64,000 bases of DNA from Tubiluchus corallicola (Eukaryota; Animalia; Priapulida): the NCBI GenBank assembly GCA_030141605.1, contig JAQGDQ010000110.1, positions 62,001 to 126,000 on the forward strand, written 5' to 3'. Numbering within the stretch: position 1 is the stretch's first letter; each line of letters opens with the position of its first letter. Both the position numbers and the translations under genes were made by a program. Under the pieces are notes generated by a model that saw nothing but the letters and a program-made list of their open reading frames with translations, ran no database searches and was not told where the DNA came from. Below, one piece after another: positions 11,831 to 24,714 of the stretch.

Positions 11831-12092
11831 CGTAATTTAACATTTCCTTTTCTTCCCCTGATTTACGTTGTGCATGTATGACGTCATGTAATGACGCGGT
11901 CGGAACAGTAACGCAGGAAGTTTAAAATAAAAACAAACAAAAAATCCTTGCTATGCGAGTACGATATACGCATAAATATGCTGGAAAGTAATATAATTTT
12001 TTAATAATTTTTCAAGATGCTTTTTCCAAAACCTACTTCAGGTACCCCTTTTCTTGTCCCTTAAATAAGTACAAACCAATCGTATTGTTTAC

Positions 12093-12243
12093 CATGTACG
12101 TCTCCAGCTTTTACATACTGTTCGATTTTGCTTGGCGTGCAGGCATCAGTAGACGTGGTCATCTGTCTAACAGCTTGTAACAATGTTAGTTCCAAGTTCA
12201 CTTTTTTATTGGCTTCCAATTGATCATACCCGTACGGTAAAAC
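12093..12243 (-). CDS. PKD1L-like exon (VLPYGYDQLEANKKVNLELTLLQAVRQMTTSTDACTPSKIEQYVKAGDVH-G)
   Basis: tttgtgtag acceptor, ATG|gtaaac donor, 151 nt, phase 0->1. Confidence 0.8.
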
Positions 12244-12743
12244 CTACACAAATAAACTGCAAATATTGGAAGGCTGCCAAGCAATGACTACATTAACCTT
12301 TTTGCTACAGATGACTACTTTCTGACGTCATATGACGTATAGTCCATTTTCGTGACATCACACGTTTAAGCAGTACTGTAACACTTATGCAAATGTACTC
12401 GACGCGCAAGGGAAGATGCCTACCATTGCACAAGCTGTGGTTAGTTTCTGATGTAAGCAATAGCTGTGTTCGGTTGCCGGTAATTAACTGTCTAAGCTAA
12501 TTATTCAAATATAAGGAACAATTGTTAACTTTTATAGGCTAGAAAATGTATATCTTTGACAGTAAATGAAAATGAGATTGAGTGTAAACGGTTGTCTGGT
12601 TTTCCTTTAACATTTTCACAACTTAATAAAAAAAAACCCAGATTATATATACTAGGTTTATCAAAGAATTTTAAAATGTCAAGTGCTAAAATAATTCAAC
12701 AAACTGTTTGATTTCTGTTTATACTCTTGTATTATTTGCATTG

Positions 12744-13503
12744 TAAACCAGGCTACAATTGTTGACTCTGAACTGACTGCAGAAACTAAGGTAAGTCATT
12801 TAATATACAGTGTTCCCTCACTTCCGTTCCAGGCCCACCCGCGATAAGTGAATTTCCGCGAAGTAGGGACGCTATACTTATTTTAGTAGTTATACATTAT
12901 TTTAAGTCTTTATAAACCCTCCCCACACTCTTATACATAACCCTTTCCCATTCCCTTAATAACTTTTCCCATACTGTACATGTACCTTTTAAAAAACTTT
13001 ACTTAAATGTTCATAAAAATGTTCACAATCAACCAATCGTGTGTTGTGTACAATCTCACGTCGGCAAGTAGCATCTCAAGCGGGCGCAAGTACTACATTT
13101 CATTTTTGGTGTGTATTCATCCGCCGAATAAATACACTATTTACTGTAAATGGTAATTTTTTATGATTTATAATATTGTTTTAATGTTAGAATTAATATT
13201 TTTAAATATTTTTATACATTTTGTGATTTTTTATGCAAAATTCATCAAATCTATACATTACTGTACAATACGTACTACGCATGTGCAAAAACCCGCGAAA
13301 CAAAGAATCCGCGATAAACGAACCGCAAAGTAGCAATGGAACACTATATATATATATATACATCGTTTATTGACCTTATAACTTTTTTGTAAATAATACA
13401 TTCCACATGAAGTTATATTCTGTAAGAGAAATTTCTTAAGTACAAAACACGTAAGTTTATCAAAGTAGGCGAATCGTACTAAATAACATAAAATGTGTGC
13501 TTG
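12744..13503. repeat. Inverted segmental duplication, copy 2; carries an antisense exon fragment with its donor and a MITE
   Basis: aaaccaggctacaattgttgactctgaactgactgcagaaactaag|gtaagt... is the reverse complement of 7084-7838. Confidence 0.95.
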
Positions 13504-13861
13504 AGATTAGGAATTTAGCTTCAATATTACCACTTTTTTGTAAAAGCATGCATGTTTGCTTGTTTGATTCTCACTTGGCTAAAAATCTCACTTTTATAGC
13601 TGTTCCAATAACCCCCTCACTGACTTCAAATCATAACTTCTACATTACTTATTCGTAAGTGGGTAAATTACCAGCACATTCTTGGAACAAATCTTTAGTT
13701 CCCAGCATGTTCTCAGACAGCTGTGAGAAAGTATCATGTGCAAAAATATCCCGTAATCTCTTAATATCTCAACATGGATTTCACTGAGTTCGTTGTCAAA
13801 CAAAACGAGATTTATCTGAAATAATGATTAATTGTAACCTACAGTCACAGACTATAGTTGT

Positions 13862-13981
13862 GATTACGGCCATATGACGTTGAAAACACCAATTCTCGTC
13901 TGATCACCGTAGTTAAGCAACGTAGAGTCTGGTTAGTAGTTGGATGGGTGACCGCCTAGGAATACCAGGTGCTGTAGGCTT
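13862..13981 (+). rRNA. 5S rRNA: 5S rRNA-like copy, full length but diverged (probable pseudogene or SINE3 head)
   Basis: GATTACGGCCATATGACGTTGAAAACACC...AGTTAAGCAACG...GGTTAGTAGTTGGATGGGTGACCGCCTAGGAATACCAGGTGCTGTAGGCTT aligns end to end (120 nt) with metazoan 5S; helix I has an A-G mismatch and no oligo-T terminator follows (GGCTTGCGGG). Confidence 0.85.
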
Positions 13982-14759
13982 GCGGGATGCCCACACTGCA
14001 TCTCGACACTAGGCGGAGGAGCTGCACAAGCAGGTGGATCAGTGCAGCATGCTCACTGACTCCGGCAGCTCCTGCAGCCAACCTGGTGCCAAACGTATCG
14101 CTGCGCTTTCCTTTGGACTACACCAGAGAGGAAGAGAGGGGGTTCCTCTTGTCTGGGCAATTCAGGATCTCCATACACCTTGTCCAGGCGTGCGTTCTGG
14201 AGAGTCACCGTCTGGAGAGGCCAAGGATCGGACTGCTCAGCCACAGTTGATGCTGCAGCTCCATCAATGTTGATTAATGACTCTCTTGGCGCGTACACTC
14301 CATTGTCTTCCGAGACAGAAGGATGCCAACAACAGCAGTAACAGGGCATTGAAACTAGTTAAAGCGATTTATGCCATTCCTATGGGACGTTAATATGAAA
14401 TTTACTCATCACACCGTCCGAACATTTTGCATTAAAATCGCAAAAGATAGAACCCACGTTGTTTGTGACATTATTTGCTTATTTTTAAATAATGGAAAAT
14501 ACAGAACAAGAACGCTGATTGCTCTACTAAATGGACTCGAGTCTGTACTGGTAAAGTGCGAATCCTTGACAAAACCGAATCCGGTACGTTAATAAGAACG
14601 AAAACAAGTCAAACCAGCCAATTAATAGAAATGAAAAAATAATGTAATGAATCAAACAGGGCAAAGGCTACAACGAGATGTGGCGTGACATAATGGATCA
14701 GAGCAGAACAGAATAGAGTCTTTTGGTAAAGTAAATAAAACAAGACAAATTTAAAAGAG

Positions 14760-16367
14760 ACAACAGAGACAAGAGAGAAGAGAAGAGGAGAGGAGAAGAG
14801 ATAAAATAAGATAAGAATGTTAATTTCACAATGCATAAAAACCATAATATACATACAAAAATGGTTTTACTTTAAATATGAATTAATTAACATAATGAGG
14901 TGAACCAAGGAGCAGGCTATCTAGCCCCAGAGCAATTATTACTCAGTAATTTATGCAGTTTGGTCAATTCATTATATACTAGAATTGAACGAATATCTTA
15001 CACTAAGCAAAACAATTGTTTAAAGAATTAATGAGCATCAAATAATTATGTTTAAATAAATATAACAAATAACAGTTATACATAGATATTTAGTAATTAT
15101 ATACTAGATCACGAATATTTTGATAATGGATTATATTTTATAACTTTTTTAAACTGATATTGGTTTAAATCTTCAATATTGAAAGGTGTTACAGTCCACA
15201 GATTTACAGCATTAAAAGTGTGGATAAATTTGATTAAATTTAAATTTAGTTTGTTTTAGATTTGCGTTTTGATTTTATTTAATTTGATTTGATTAGGTTT
15301 GATTCGGTTTGGTTTGGTTTAATTTGATTTGATTTGATTTGATTTGATTTGACTTGACTTGACTTGACTTGACTTGACTTGACTTGGCTTGGTTTGGTTT
15401 GGTTTGGTTTGGTTTGGTTTGATTAAGTTTGGTTTGGTTTGAATTGATTTGATTTGATTAGATTAGATTTAATTTGATTCTTTTTGATTTATGAGTATTA
15501 ATATTGTTTTGCTCTCTGTGCTCTACTTCATTAGATGTCATTAAACTCCTCCATTCTTATACAATGCATCCATTTCTTCACTGCCTCTTTTGCTTTCTCT
15601 TATATATGGTACTTGTTTTTATCACTCTGTTTAATCAATTAATTTCGTTTCGTTTCGTTTCACCTCGGCGTGAAATATAAAATAGAATCCATCATCAAAA
15701 TATTCGTGATCTAGTATAAAATGACTAAATATCTATGTATAACTGTTATTTGCTATATTTGTTTAAACATAATTATTTGATGCTCATTATTTCTTTAAAC
15801 AATTGTTTTGCTTAGTGTGAGATACTCGTTCAAATCTAGTATGTAATGAATTGTTCAAACTGCATAAATTACTGAGTAATAATTGCTCTGGGGCACGAAC
15901 TAGATAGCCTGCTGCTTCGTCCTCCTCATAATGTTTTCTAATTCATATTTAAAGTAAAACCATTTTTGTATGTATAATATTGTTTTTATGCATTGTGAGA
16001 TTAACATTCTTATCTTGTTTTATCTCCTCTCCTCGCCTCCCCTCACCTCCCCTCCCCTCCCCTCCCCTCCCATCCCAACCCATCCCATCCCATCACATCC
16101 CATCCCATCACATCTCATCTCATCTCCTCTCCTCTCCTCTCCTCTCCCCTCCTCCCATCCCATCCCATCCCATCCCATCCCATCCCATCCCATCCCATCC
16201 CATCCCATCCCATCCCATCTCATCTCATCTCATCTCATCTCATCTCATCTCATCTCATCTCATCCCATCCCATCCCATCCCATCCCATCCCATCCCATCC
16301 CATCCCATCTCATTTCATCTCATCTCATCCCATCTCATCCCATCCCATCTCATCTCATCTCATCTTA
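14760..16367. repeat. Foldback structure: ~330-bp inverted repeats interleaved with pentanucleotide microsatellites
   Basis: 14805-15140 is the reverse complement of ~15675-16022; pentamer tracts (TTTGA/CTTGA/TTTGG)n at 15270-15480, (TTTCG)n at ~15645 and (CCCCT/CCCAT/CTCAT)n at 16025-16367. Confidence 0.85.
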
Positions 16368-19300
16368 TCACAATTTTGAAAGCCAAAAATTTAAATTACG
16401 TGTATTCTATGACACATGGCAGATCTAACTAATTCCAACGCGCTATAGGTATGTAAATTAGTATCTCGGTTTTCCTGTAACTACTGTCATATAAGTTTTG
16501 TTTATTTATGTAGCCATCTTCTGGTGCTTCAATTGTCGTTACAGTTACATTATGACACGTATAGCAGTTTGTAACACTTTCTGATACGCTGGCAACTTGG
16601 CATGTTCTAAATCTCCGTACTGGGCGCGTGTTGCAGCATGTAGGTTAATATGAATAACAATGGTAAGTTTGTTAAATGTGCATGTTTAAAGTAGACGTTT
16701 TAAACAGCCCAAAATAAACAATTAACATAATTGCCAACGCTATTATCTTTATGATAAATAGGTCATTTAGCAAACACAACTTTTCAATAAACAAAACGGA
16801 AACTTCATTCCTATTTTAAGCTTTTAAGCTTTACCAACCCATCTTCTTGCTAGAGCAAATTGCGCTAGCATTGATGAAACTTGTATTGATGATAAAATTA
16901 TGGCAAGTATGAAGATGATAAAGTAGAAAAAGAAAAGAATAAGACAGAAACTGCAGACACTAATGTCGAGCGTCCATGAAGTCATGCTGTTTATTGACGT
17001 CAACCGAATTTCTATAAAACGGAACTTTTATGAATCCAAGAAGATAGTTGGAAAATACAACAATATCAAAGTGTATAAATGAAAGGATTCTATTCTTTAC
17101 GTGCTCACTGACATACGGATTTAATAAAAATGAACTCTAACGATATAGTTTTTCTGAAAGCTGAGCAAATGATACAGCGTGACAAGCTTTCGGTTTCTTA
17201 TCGTCTTCACGCTTTTTGCAAGTTGTTGAGTATGACAGACGAAGAGCATACTTGCAGTAATGTAGCAAGGAGCAAAGTGGTTGCTTTAGCTGAAGCCTAT
17301 GTAAAGGGCTGACCCCACGTGGCTGACCCTGAACATGCAACGGAGACATTTTTAAGTAATTCGCACTTGAATATCGCAACAGCGTGAAAAGAGTTTGGAG
17401 GGAATTGGGCAACTGAATTGAAAATGACGTCACAAATAGCAAAGACGTTTATTGAATTTCAAAAACTCCCCAATGACACTTACGCCTAGTTTGTATCAAC
17501 ATGTTCAGTCCGTTGTTGAAGTATATACAAATGAAGACGGGCTTTTACAGCCATTGCTAATGCTTGCAAGAGTAAACAGTTTCGGCACATGCTAGATTGC
17601 CTGTGTATACCGAGCTTTGTCATTTGTTATGCATCTTGCACTGCAAATTGACAGAGTGTTTATCGGTCTGGAGGATATTTATTCCACTCCGACTGCTCTC
17701 GATTCTATGTCCACTTAAATTCGTGTACACTCCCCTAAGAGATGATCCAATTCATCTTCCGTGATATTGCCATCGGGGTCTCAGCTCTTGCGTGTACAAA
17801 ATGTTTCAGTAGAGTAGACGTTCGACCTGGCACACATCTGTTGCGTCTTCTTTGTATTGGCCTTCCTATGCCACAAGAACAGATAAGGTCGTTCATGCGT
17901 ATAGCCGGAGGTGTGTAATGGAAGAAGGATAGAAAATCTGCATGGCTTCAGATGTGAGTTTCTGTTGTTGAAACTCGAGAGCTAGGCTTTCTTCAGACTT
18001 CCATCATTCCTAATTCGGAACCTTGGAATGTCGTGGAAACATCGATTCAATCAAAGTTGACCTGAAAAATAAAGATAAAAGTGATGGGTTTGGATTTCAT
18101 TTAAAAGTTTTGGTTTTTCAAGGGATGCTGTATCAGCCCTCCTCAAGCAACGGCTGTTTGCAAGATACGTATCTCTTAAGAAATCTTTGCAAAGAGCTCT
18201 GTTACTGTTAAATATGCTGCAGTGTGCAATTGATGCTGCTAATAATAAGGAGATAAGACAAAACAACGTCTCTATTTTGCTTAGCTACAGCCAAAAATAC
18301 GATATACAAAGTGTGGGGCGAGCTACCAAAAGAAACCCTGGCTATTAATGATGTTGTTGGTGGTGACGATGATAATGAACGTGATAACAATGATCATAAT
18401 GATTCTTGTTCAGGACAATGATGATGATGAAGGCGGTGGTGCATGTAGTGATATTATAATTTAGTTTTAGTTTAGTTTATTATCATCACATTCAGTACAA
18501 TATAATGACATTAAGCACACAGTGACATCAAAATTATTACTTCATACTGTGTCAAATTGTTATGTTTCATACACTATCATTATCATAAAAGAATAATTGT
18601 ACTGCAGTGAGGCTAGAGAAGCAAAGGCTTATATAAGCCAACTGTCATGTGAACCAGAAAAAAAGAATGGATGAGTAAGCATTAAAAAGAACTGGGAGAA
18701 AGGTTAGATCACACAGGAAGTGTAGAGGGATGTGTTAGTGGAAATGATAGGAAGAATGATGCGAATGGGAAGAACAATGGAAAGAAGATTTATCAATGAT
18801 GCCTTGTTTTGCATAATCTGTACCAGGATTGTGGTATGACTGCTGCAGTAGGTGTAGGAACATTAATAAACATAATAAACATTAATGGCAATGCTAAATG
18901 CAAGATCTTAACGCTGAGTGTGACAGATTTTAAAAATAATATTATAACTTATTTGAACGTTAGTATTATTTTTAATTATTCACAAACGTAATCAAGCAAT
19001 CAAACCATTTTAAGAATTTATTCGTTGAAAACTTGATAATCCTTGAACCAGTATGTGGTGAACTTAAGAATTCTTAATAATCTCCTCTGTTACAGAACTT
19101 CGTCCACCTGTTTCTTCATTTTACCTGCAGGATTAATCCCACATGAATATACCTGTGTAAGGCACAAAACCAATTATCCCCTAACAAAGTCGCTAATGTA
19201 CCTGGCTTCAAGCCCCGGCGATAATTTAATTCCGAAGATTAATTCATTTTCGCCCATAAAAGACAAGTATAATCAATTGCCGCTATGGGATTAGCGATCT

Positions 19301-21956
19301 GCCACGCGTATTTAACCAAAGATAGAGTAGTATAGACATACGACATCTTTAATCAGTGAGAGTTGAATTCAGGCAGAAAAGTTGACAATGCATTTTGCTG
19401 GGATTGTTTCAACGGGCGTTAATTGTGCTGGGATATTGGACGGACAGATATTGTCCATTTTAGTGCAACTAATTATGGTAATAGCAGCGCTTATTAGGAT
19501 CGCTGAGTCGTGCTCGCGAGCCCGTTGAGTAACGGATGTTGGGCTAAAAGCGTCAATAATTGTCATCGAAGGATGCTGGGCTGTTGTTAAAGCAACGAGA
19601 TGAAGATGATGCGATTAGGAACGATTTGAGAGAAGCTGCTCTGGTTAAATTATTTTAGATTGTCCATCGCAGCTTATTACGGAGTAGAATTGAAAGGCAC
19701 TGTGTGTTTTAAGCACAGATGGACGGTCCAGTTATATTTTAATAAATACTTCTTAGAAACAAAAATACTATATAAATAAATTAACAGTTAAATAAATAAA
19801 TAAAATGAATGAAATTGACCCTTAAGTCTAGTTTTCATCATTAAAGAACAAGTCACTTAGTATGTTGGGTTTATTTTACTGTTGTCACTTAAACTTAGAA
19901 AAATATAACAAAGAAATTTGCAAAAAAAAACTGCCTATAAAACATAAATTTAAAATGTACAACCTCTGAATAGAAATTTTCAGGTGTGGTGGTTGCCGCC
20001 ATTCACTTGAAAATTATGACGTAACTGGAAGGCTTCCTGACTTTTCGTAATCGCGTCGTGGGTTTTCGTAAGCGCGCGCTGCTTAAACTAATTCAAACTT
20101 CTGCAGCTTACGTAATGTTTACGCAAAAATATTACAAAATTAGCCATATTTATTTATAAAAAAACTTATTATGCTTTTGCCGAAGATTGACAGTGCGTTA
20201 CTGTCCTTCACGACGAATGACGTCATTGGAAGAAGAAAGCGCATTGAAAATGGGAGCGTCCAAGCATAAGTGATCGCGAATTCAAAGTGATTTTACTAAT
20301 TACACGAGGCGCTTATTGCAGTTTTATTACTAAATACTTCTAACATTTTTCACGAACATTGAAATAAGCCGAACCTCCTAAAAGACTTGACTTTTCCTTT
20401 AACAACATTGGGTATCACACGAAAAATCACGAAAATGCATTGTTTCTTTACACTATACCACAAAGTAGTGCTGTTACAGATATTTGATGGCAATTTGAAT
20501 TGGCTTAGAAATGGAATCGGGTTTGCGTTTGCTAACTCACTGGTCATCGGGTCAGTGTTCTTGGCCCCCTTTGTCTTCGGCCACTCGGCTGAATAGTAAA
20601 TACATAAGATGTGAAAGATGTGTGTATTTTCATTTTAATAATCGTATGATAATGGTGGAATAACAACTTTTAGCATTGTGCATGTAAATAGTAAATAGTG
20701 TGGAAAAAAGACATTACATTTTCCTATAAGGCTGTTATGGTCTCAGCGTTACGCGTTAAGTTTTTATGTATGATTTTGGTGTATGTTGGAAACATTCTGC
20801 AATATCATCAAGGCAAGAGAGAGTATCGTAAATTGGAATTAGGTCAGTGATTCATTGGATTAGATCAATTTGGCCAACGTTAATGGTGTCCCGAACCCTG
20901 GTATGCCAGCACCCGAACATAAAGGATACACCAGTCAGACTAAACCTACCTTCTGATAGGCCAGACTTTTTTAGATCAGCGAAAGACCAGACCACCGAGT
21001 CGGGGTCAGACCTTCATCTAGAACAGAGAAAACTGATCCAGCGTAATAATTAGAGCAAACCCAGATTATGAGTGGACCAAACAAGGACCACGACCTATCT
21101 TAAGTTTTAATATTGTACGCTTTTTTGTTTCATTATTGTTACGTAATGATGCAAAAAATGCTACATAATAATTGTTATATATTAGAGTGAAGTTTGTTAC
21201 ATAGTGACGAATTTTGTGACGTGTTTCATAATGCTGTTTTTTGTTATATGATGTTTCATTGTTACATAATGACCATTTTCTCACATAATGAATCTTAACA
21301 TGGATACTGGGAACGGGGTGCTGAGGTTATGAGCACCTTATCCTGGATCATATCCTGCCTAAACAAAGTAATAACCATTTAATTTTCTCCTGTATTTTCT
21401 CACTATATTTTCTTCAGTGCGTATAATACTGAGATTCTTCCATGTCCTTCGTCGCGTGTATCATTCTTACTCTTGGCTATAGAGCGCGTTGCGCTTTGAG
21501 TTACGACAAATACGACAAGATGAAAGATTTATGATAAGTTGATACTAGCTCACAAATTGTTTAAGTTTAAGATTATCCTCGGGGTAAAGGGGTTGACGTA
21601 TTTATCAGTATTAGTAAAGATTTACTGTCCACGAATGAGTTGCAAGGGATGAGTTTGTTTAGTTAGAGGAAGTGCCGGAAGGACTTGAGATTCGAAAACG
21701 AGGTCAGAAATTTTCGGGGAGAAGTTGTCTGCATTGACGTCACCACAAGCTCAATTTATGGGATGCAGCAGTAAGTGTGCAGTATGGGTACTCGTCTTTC
21801 ATTTGTTTGTTTGTTCGGAAATAATTTCAGAAAATATTATAGCACGAATACATTAGGAAATGTGCTGTGTTATTCGCTGGTTCTAAGCAGGCAGCAAGTA
21901 GCTAGTATGTAGGTGGTAGATTTTCAGCCAAGCAAGAGCTATGCAAGTACGACAGT

Positions 21957-22306
21957 CAGGGCCTATTTCAGGGGGTGGGGGGGTGGGGATACTTCCCCGG
22001 GGCCTCACCCTCCAGGGGGGGGTCTCGCGCCAAGGTAACATTTTTTGCTTTATGTAAACATACTGCCGCCTCTCTCTTGCCGCACGCGCGCCGTTTGCCA
22101 GTATTGACAAGTATTAATGACTGGTCTTGAGAATAAAGCAGTTTTTCTTTCAATTGTTCTTTCCTTTAACAACTGTATAACTCCATATTTTCTCTTCGAA
22201 AATGAATCTCCGGCGTTCTAGCAGTTCAAAAATTTTCTGGGCGTCAACCATGGTGGCCTCACGCGCCCCACTTCCCCGGGCCTCGCTTAGGCTGAAATAG
22301 GCCCTG
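21957..22306. mobile_element. hAT-type MITE, young insertion
   Basis: Perfect 15-bp TIR CAGGGCCTATTTCAG/CTGAAATAGGCCCTG and perfect 8-bp TSD ACGACAGT. Confidence 0.9.
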
Positions 22307-22969
22307 ACGACAGTAGGTCAGGCAATCAGACGAAGTGGAGTTTTTCTCGGCGACTGAGTTGTCAACTTTAATTACGTCATGCATATTTTGCCCTTTCCCC
22401 CTTTTCAAATTTTTAAAATCACGGAGTGCCAGACTTTCTTTTTTTCCTCAACATGTGTCAGCCAGGTATAGGTGGCCAGACAGTCCACACCAATTCATGG
22501 CACTTCGCAAACACATCAAGATTTCTGTGCTGCTGCAGCTATCATAAACAGAGTTTCAATTACTGGAAGCCATATCGAGATGAGACTGTCGTTACCAACA
22601 TTAATTAATTACTTATCTCCATAGAATAAACATGTAGAATAAACAAACGATTAAGGAGGAGTGCACATGTGGTGGGCAAGTGCTCGCACAGGAGGGGTGA
22701 AACTTTGCATGAACAAGCGTGGTGTTGGCGTTTGGCTGTTGTGATAAATAACAGTTTTTCCTAAATTCGATTTGCAGAATAAGCAGTCTATAAACACGTG
22801 ACACGAGCTTGCCATTTTGTGACATGATGTACTTCCACAAGCTCCATCTTGAAAAAGAATATATTAGTATCGGAATTTTAGACTGTTAGTGAAAAATTCG
22901 TTTCCCTTCGTATGAGGTAATAAATTCAACTTATACAACTTACAAGCGACTGTACTAAATGTCATTTAG

Positions 22970-23862
22970 CTACTTATCTACCTACATATCTGAGTACCTT
23001 ACCTACCTACCTACCTACCTGCCTGCCTGCCTGCCTGCCTGCTTCCCTGCCTACTACCTATCTGAGTACCTTACCTACCTACCTACTTAACTACCTACCT
23101 ACCTACCTACCTTACCCACCTACCTACCTACCTACCTACCTACCTACCTACCTACCTACCTACCTACCTACCTACCTACCTACCTACCTACCTACCTACC
23201 TACCTACCTACCTACCTACTTACCTGCCTGCCTGCCTGCCTGCCTTCCTGCCTGCCTACCTACCTACCTACCTACCTACCTACCTACCTACCTACCTACC
23301 TACCTACCTACCTACCTACCTACCTACATACATACATACACACCTACCTACTTACCTGCGTGTCTACCGACCTACCTACATACCTACCTATTTACCTGCC
23401 TGCCTGCTTGCCTGCCTACTACCTACCTGAGTACCTTACCTACCTACTTACTTAACTACCTGTATACCTTCCTACCTACCTACCTACCTACCTACCTTAC
23501 CTACCTACCTACCTACCTACCTACCTACCTACCTACCTACCTACCTACCTACCTACCTACCTACCTACCTACCTACGTACCTACCTACCTACTTACCTAC
23601 CTACCTACCTACCTACCTACCTACCTACCTACCTACCTACCTACCTACCTACCTACTTACGTACCTACCTACCTACCTACCTACCTACCTACCTACCTTA
23701 CCCACCTACCTACTTACCTACCTACCTACCTACCTACCTACCTACCTACCTACCTACCTACCTACCTACCTACCTACCTACCTACCTATCTACCTAACTG
23801 CTGCCTACCTACCTACCTACCTACCTACGTACCTACTTACCTACCTAACTACCTACCTAACC
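22970..23862. repeat. (CTAC)n compound microsatellite with CTGC/ATAC variants
   Basis: About 890 bp of tetramer repeats; recurring ctgagtacctta interruptions suggest internal duplication. Confidence 0.98.
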
Positions 23863-24714
23863 AAGCTTGGTTTTCTTATTGCGATAACTTTGTGAAAAAT
23901 TTGTTTGTTACTGTTACTGCGTCCACCGCATTCCGGTTCAAAATCGTGTAAATCTACAATATTTTTATAATTAAACCCGCTAACCAACACGGTCTGTAAA
24001 CTCGGTGCTTTCTCAAGTCTTCAATGTTTATTTGACCATTGGTCAGTATTGCTGCGAGGTCAAATTATTTCCGATACATGTCTCATGACGTGCTTCCTCT
24101 TGACCCGACTGTTGTACCACGGAGACGTTTCTTGATTAGATGATATTAAGGAACCGACTGCTTACAAAGAACTAGCACAGATGTTATCCATAAACACGTT
24201 TGTGTAATTTCACTGTTTGATGCACAAGAGAATTTATATTGTTGACGCTCAGACAGGAAGAGCTAAAATGCAACAAACAATCAGCAATGATGAAATCAAA
24301 ATCAAACCGGAAATGTTTAATTCGAGTTAGACTAAGAAGAAATTTTTGTTGTTGCAAGCGGGAAATTTATGACTTTATTAACCCGCCTCTTTATTTTTGA
24401 CTCAAACTGCATAAAATACAAGTTAAAAGCAAGACAGTTAAGTGGACAAAACGTTACAAAACACACGAATTTTTGTCATTGAAGAGACGAATACAAAAAG
24501 TTCTAGCTTAATACTGCAGGTAAATGAAATTAGAGTTAAGAATACAGATTTATAGTAGAATATTTACAAAAGCACATCAAAGTGAATAATCACCTTTAAA
24601 TGATCTAAATAATGTTTCTTTTAATTTAATTCAAATGATTAATCGTTATGCCACGAGAAACCTTACAAAGTGACATTGCTTCCATTGACTACAGTCAGGA
24701 GTGTATCAACACTT

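Larger units (their letters stand above)
514..12243 (-). other. Polycystin-1-like (PKD1L/REJ family) gene, partial; 8 exons from the REJ C-terminus into the GAIN region; continues off the left edge
   Basis: Exons 12093-12243, 10514-10629, 7792-7917, 6593-6681, 2876-3008, 2161-2311, 1626-1723 and 514-670 join with matching phases (0/1/0/0/2/0/1/0/1) into one open frame: VLPYGYDQ...VRASLVNS...ELTAETK...KVQGEEPTTFVTDLLTVQVQRQ...FKLPSS...FDVQMYFMKENPYLWDNSSSLINTPITSIAIS...EELKEPLQY. The V.GEEP, F.LP and NPY.WD.SS..I.TP motifs resemble the PKD1L/REJ GAIN region. Family assignment is from recalled motifs, not a search. Confidence 0.8.

Noticed and set aside
13987-14349. Overlapping short ORFs after the 5S copy
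   Set aside because: No recognisable domain; expected by chance in GC-rich sequence.
15970-16432. Pro/Ser/His/Ile-rich ORFs here and poly-amino-acid ORFs at 35265-37241
   Set aside because: Translations of microsatellites.
16900-18060. Possible decayed transposon or LINE coding sequence
   Set aside because: Only faint, stop-interrupted similarity (e.g. minus-strand DELDHLLGEC); no family assignment can be supported.
20541-20588. 48-nt minus-strand candidate exon (EWPKTKGAKNTDPMT) with good splice sites
   Set aside because: Phase 1-1 does not fit the phase-0 PKD1L acceptor at 12243, and it has no recognisable homology.
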